A stretch of 64,000 nucleotides of DNA from an uncultured Fibrobacterota bacterium (GTDB lineage: Bacteria > Fibrobacterota > Chitinivibrionia > Chitinivibrionales > FEN-1185), in contig CAVWBU010000048.1 in assembly GCA_963753345.1 (NCBI GenBank), positions 1 to 64,000 of the forward strand, given 5' to 3'. The position numbers and the translations under genes are program-made. Positions 63,036-64,000 of this stretch are shown piece after piece. The notes beneath the pieces were generated by a model, which did no database searches, was not told the DNA's origin, and saw only the letters and a list, made by a program, of their open reading frames with translations. Each line of letters begins with the position of its first letter. Position 1 is the first letter of the stretch.

Positions 63036-63295
63036 TACTTTCCAAAGCGTTTGAAGTGCCCGGCAAATCTTTTTATTATTTCCTATACAAACGCAACGGC
63101 ACATGATATATTAAACGTCTGCGAATGCAGAACCCGTTCACCTCGTCTTAACAATAGGGAACGGTAAACCAGACTCGCACTCCGATGATTTCCGGCAAAG
63201 GTTTTTTCGAGATACCGCTTCTCTCCTCCTAACCTCCTGCTCGTCTCCATCAGAAATAGCGTGTCACCACATCATATTCCCCACAAAGGAAGGTT

Positions 63296-64000
63296 ATGAG
63301 TTTTTCAGCTATCGGTCTATCCGATACAATGCTGCGGAGCGTCTCTGCGGCCGGGTACTCTTCGCCCACCGAAATCCAGAAGAAAGCGATCCCCCTCGCG
63401 CTTGACGGAAGGGACATCATCGGATGTGCGCCCACAGGCACAGGCAAGACAGCGGCATTCGTGCTTCCCATTCTCCAGCGGCTTGTCCAGCCACACTGTT
63501 CAGGACGCACGGGCCATTTTCCAAGGGCGCTTATTTTGACGCCCACACGCGAGCTCTGCCAGCAGATTGAGGATTCAATCCGCACCTATGGCAGGTTCTC
63601 GAACCTTTTTCCGGTCTCCATCTACGGCGGCGTCGACATCGAGCGCCAGTTTAGGGGCCTGCGCCAGGGCGCGGACATTGTTGTAGCGACGCCCGGCCGC
63701 CTGCTTGACCATTGCGAACGCCGGACCATCGACCTCACCCATATCGAAATCCTTGTGCTTGACGAAGCGGACAGGATGTACGACATGGGGTTTATCCAGG
63801 CGGTGCGGAGCATTATCGCCAAGGTGCCGCGCCAGCGGCAGACACTGCTCTTTTCCGCGACAATGTCCCACGATATCCGGCGGCTCGTTTCGGAGATCCT
63901 TGTCAATCCGCACTACGTCGAGGTCGGAGATCCCTGCACGCCCGTTGATACCGTGGAACAGCTTTTCTATTCGGTGCCACAGCCGACAAAAATGGATCTT
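63296..64000 (+). CDS. DEAD-box RNA helicase (RhlE-like), truncated by the window end
   Basis: My translation: MSFSAIGL..PTEIQ..APTGTGKTAAF..PTREL..ATPGRL..LDEADRMYDMGF..LFSAT; absent from the ORF track because it has no stop. Confidence 0.93.
   Translation, partial: MSFSAIGLSDTMLRSVSAAGYSSPTEIQKKAIPLALDGRDIIGCAPTGTGKTAAFVLPILQRLVQPHCSGRTGHFPRALILTPTRELCQQIEDSIRTYGRFSNLFPVSIYGGVDIERQFRGLRQGADIVVATPGRLLDHCERRTIDLTHIEILVLDEADRMYDMGFIQAVRSIIAKVPRQRQTLLFSATMSHDIRRLVSEILVNPHYVEVGDPCTPVDTVEQLFYSVPQPTKMDL

Noticed and set aside
60296-63060. Prophage or integrative element around the dcd island
   Set aside because: No integrase, phage genes, tRNA or obvious flanking direct repeats were seen.

Overview
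GC-rich bacterial chromosomal window. It is probably from an anaerobe of the Fibrobacterota/FCB group (inference from a T9SS-like C-terminal domain, a short RpoD-like sigma factor and the signalling repertoire). Housekeeping and metabolic genes: recC-recB-recD, ispG, an ABC-F ATPase, an RlmD/TrmA-type methyltransferase and a DEAD-box helicase cut by the window end. Also present are three radical SAM enzymes, two tandem tripartite efflux systems behind a TetR, a PlsA/PlsR-like activator-reductase pair, two Ser/Thr kinases and a polyamine operon (speD-speE-decarboxylase-speE). Several genes carry single-base frameshifts that look like assembly errors. Two things stand out. (1) Intergenic DNA from about 3.4 to 29.9 kb holds a highly structured dispersed repeat that I do not recognise: 8 full copies of a ~130-215 nt family A with clear compensatory base changes, plus 3 copies of a related family B. 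These often sit as back-to-back doublets, one enclosing an AT-rich orphan gene, and they carry folding signatures typical of single-stranded DNA. (2) An AT-richer, translationally coupled three-gene island at 60.4-63.0 kb (orphan + soluble M48-like HExxH metallopeptidase + trimeric-type dCTP deaminase) is a candidate nucleotide-depletion defence system. No rRNA, tRNA, CRISPR array, integrase or transposase was recognised.
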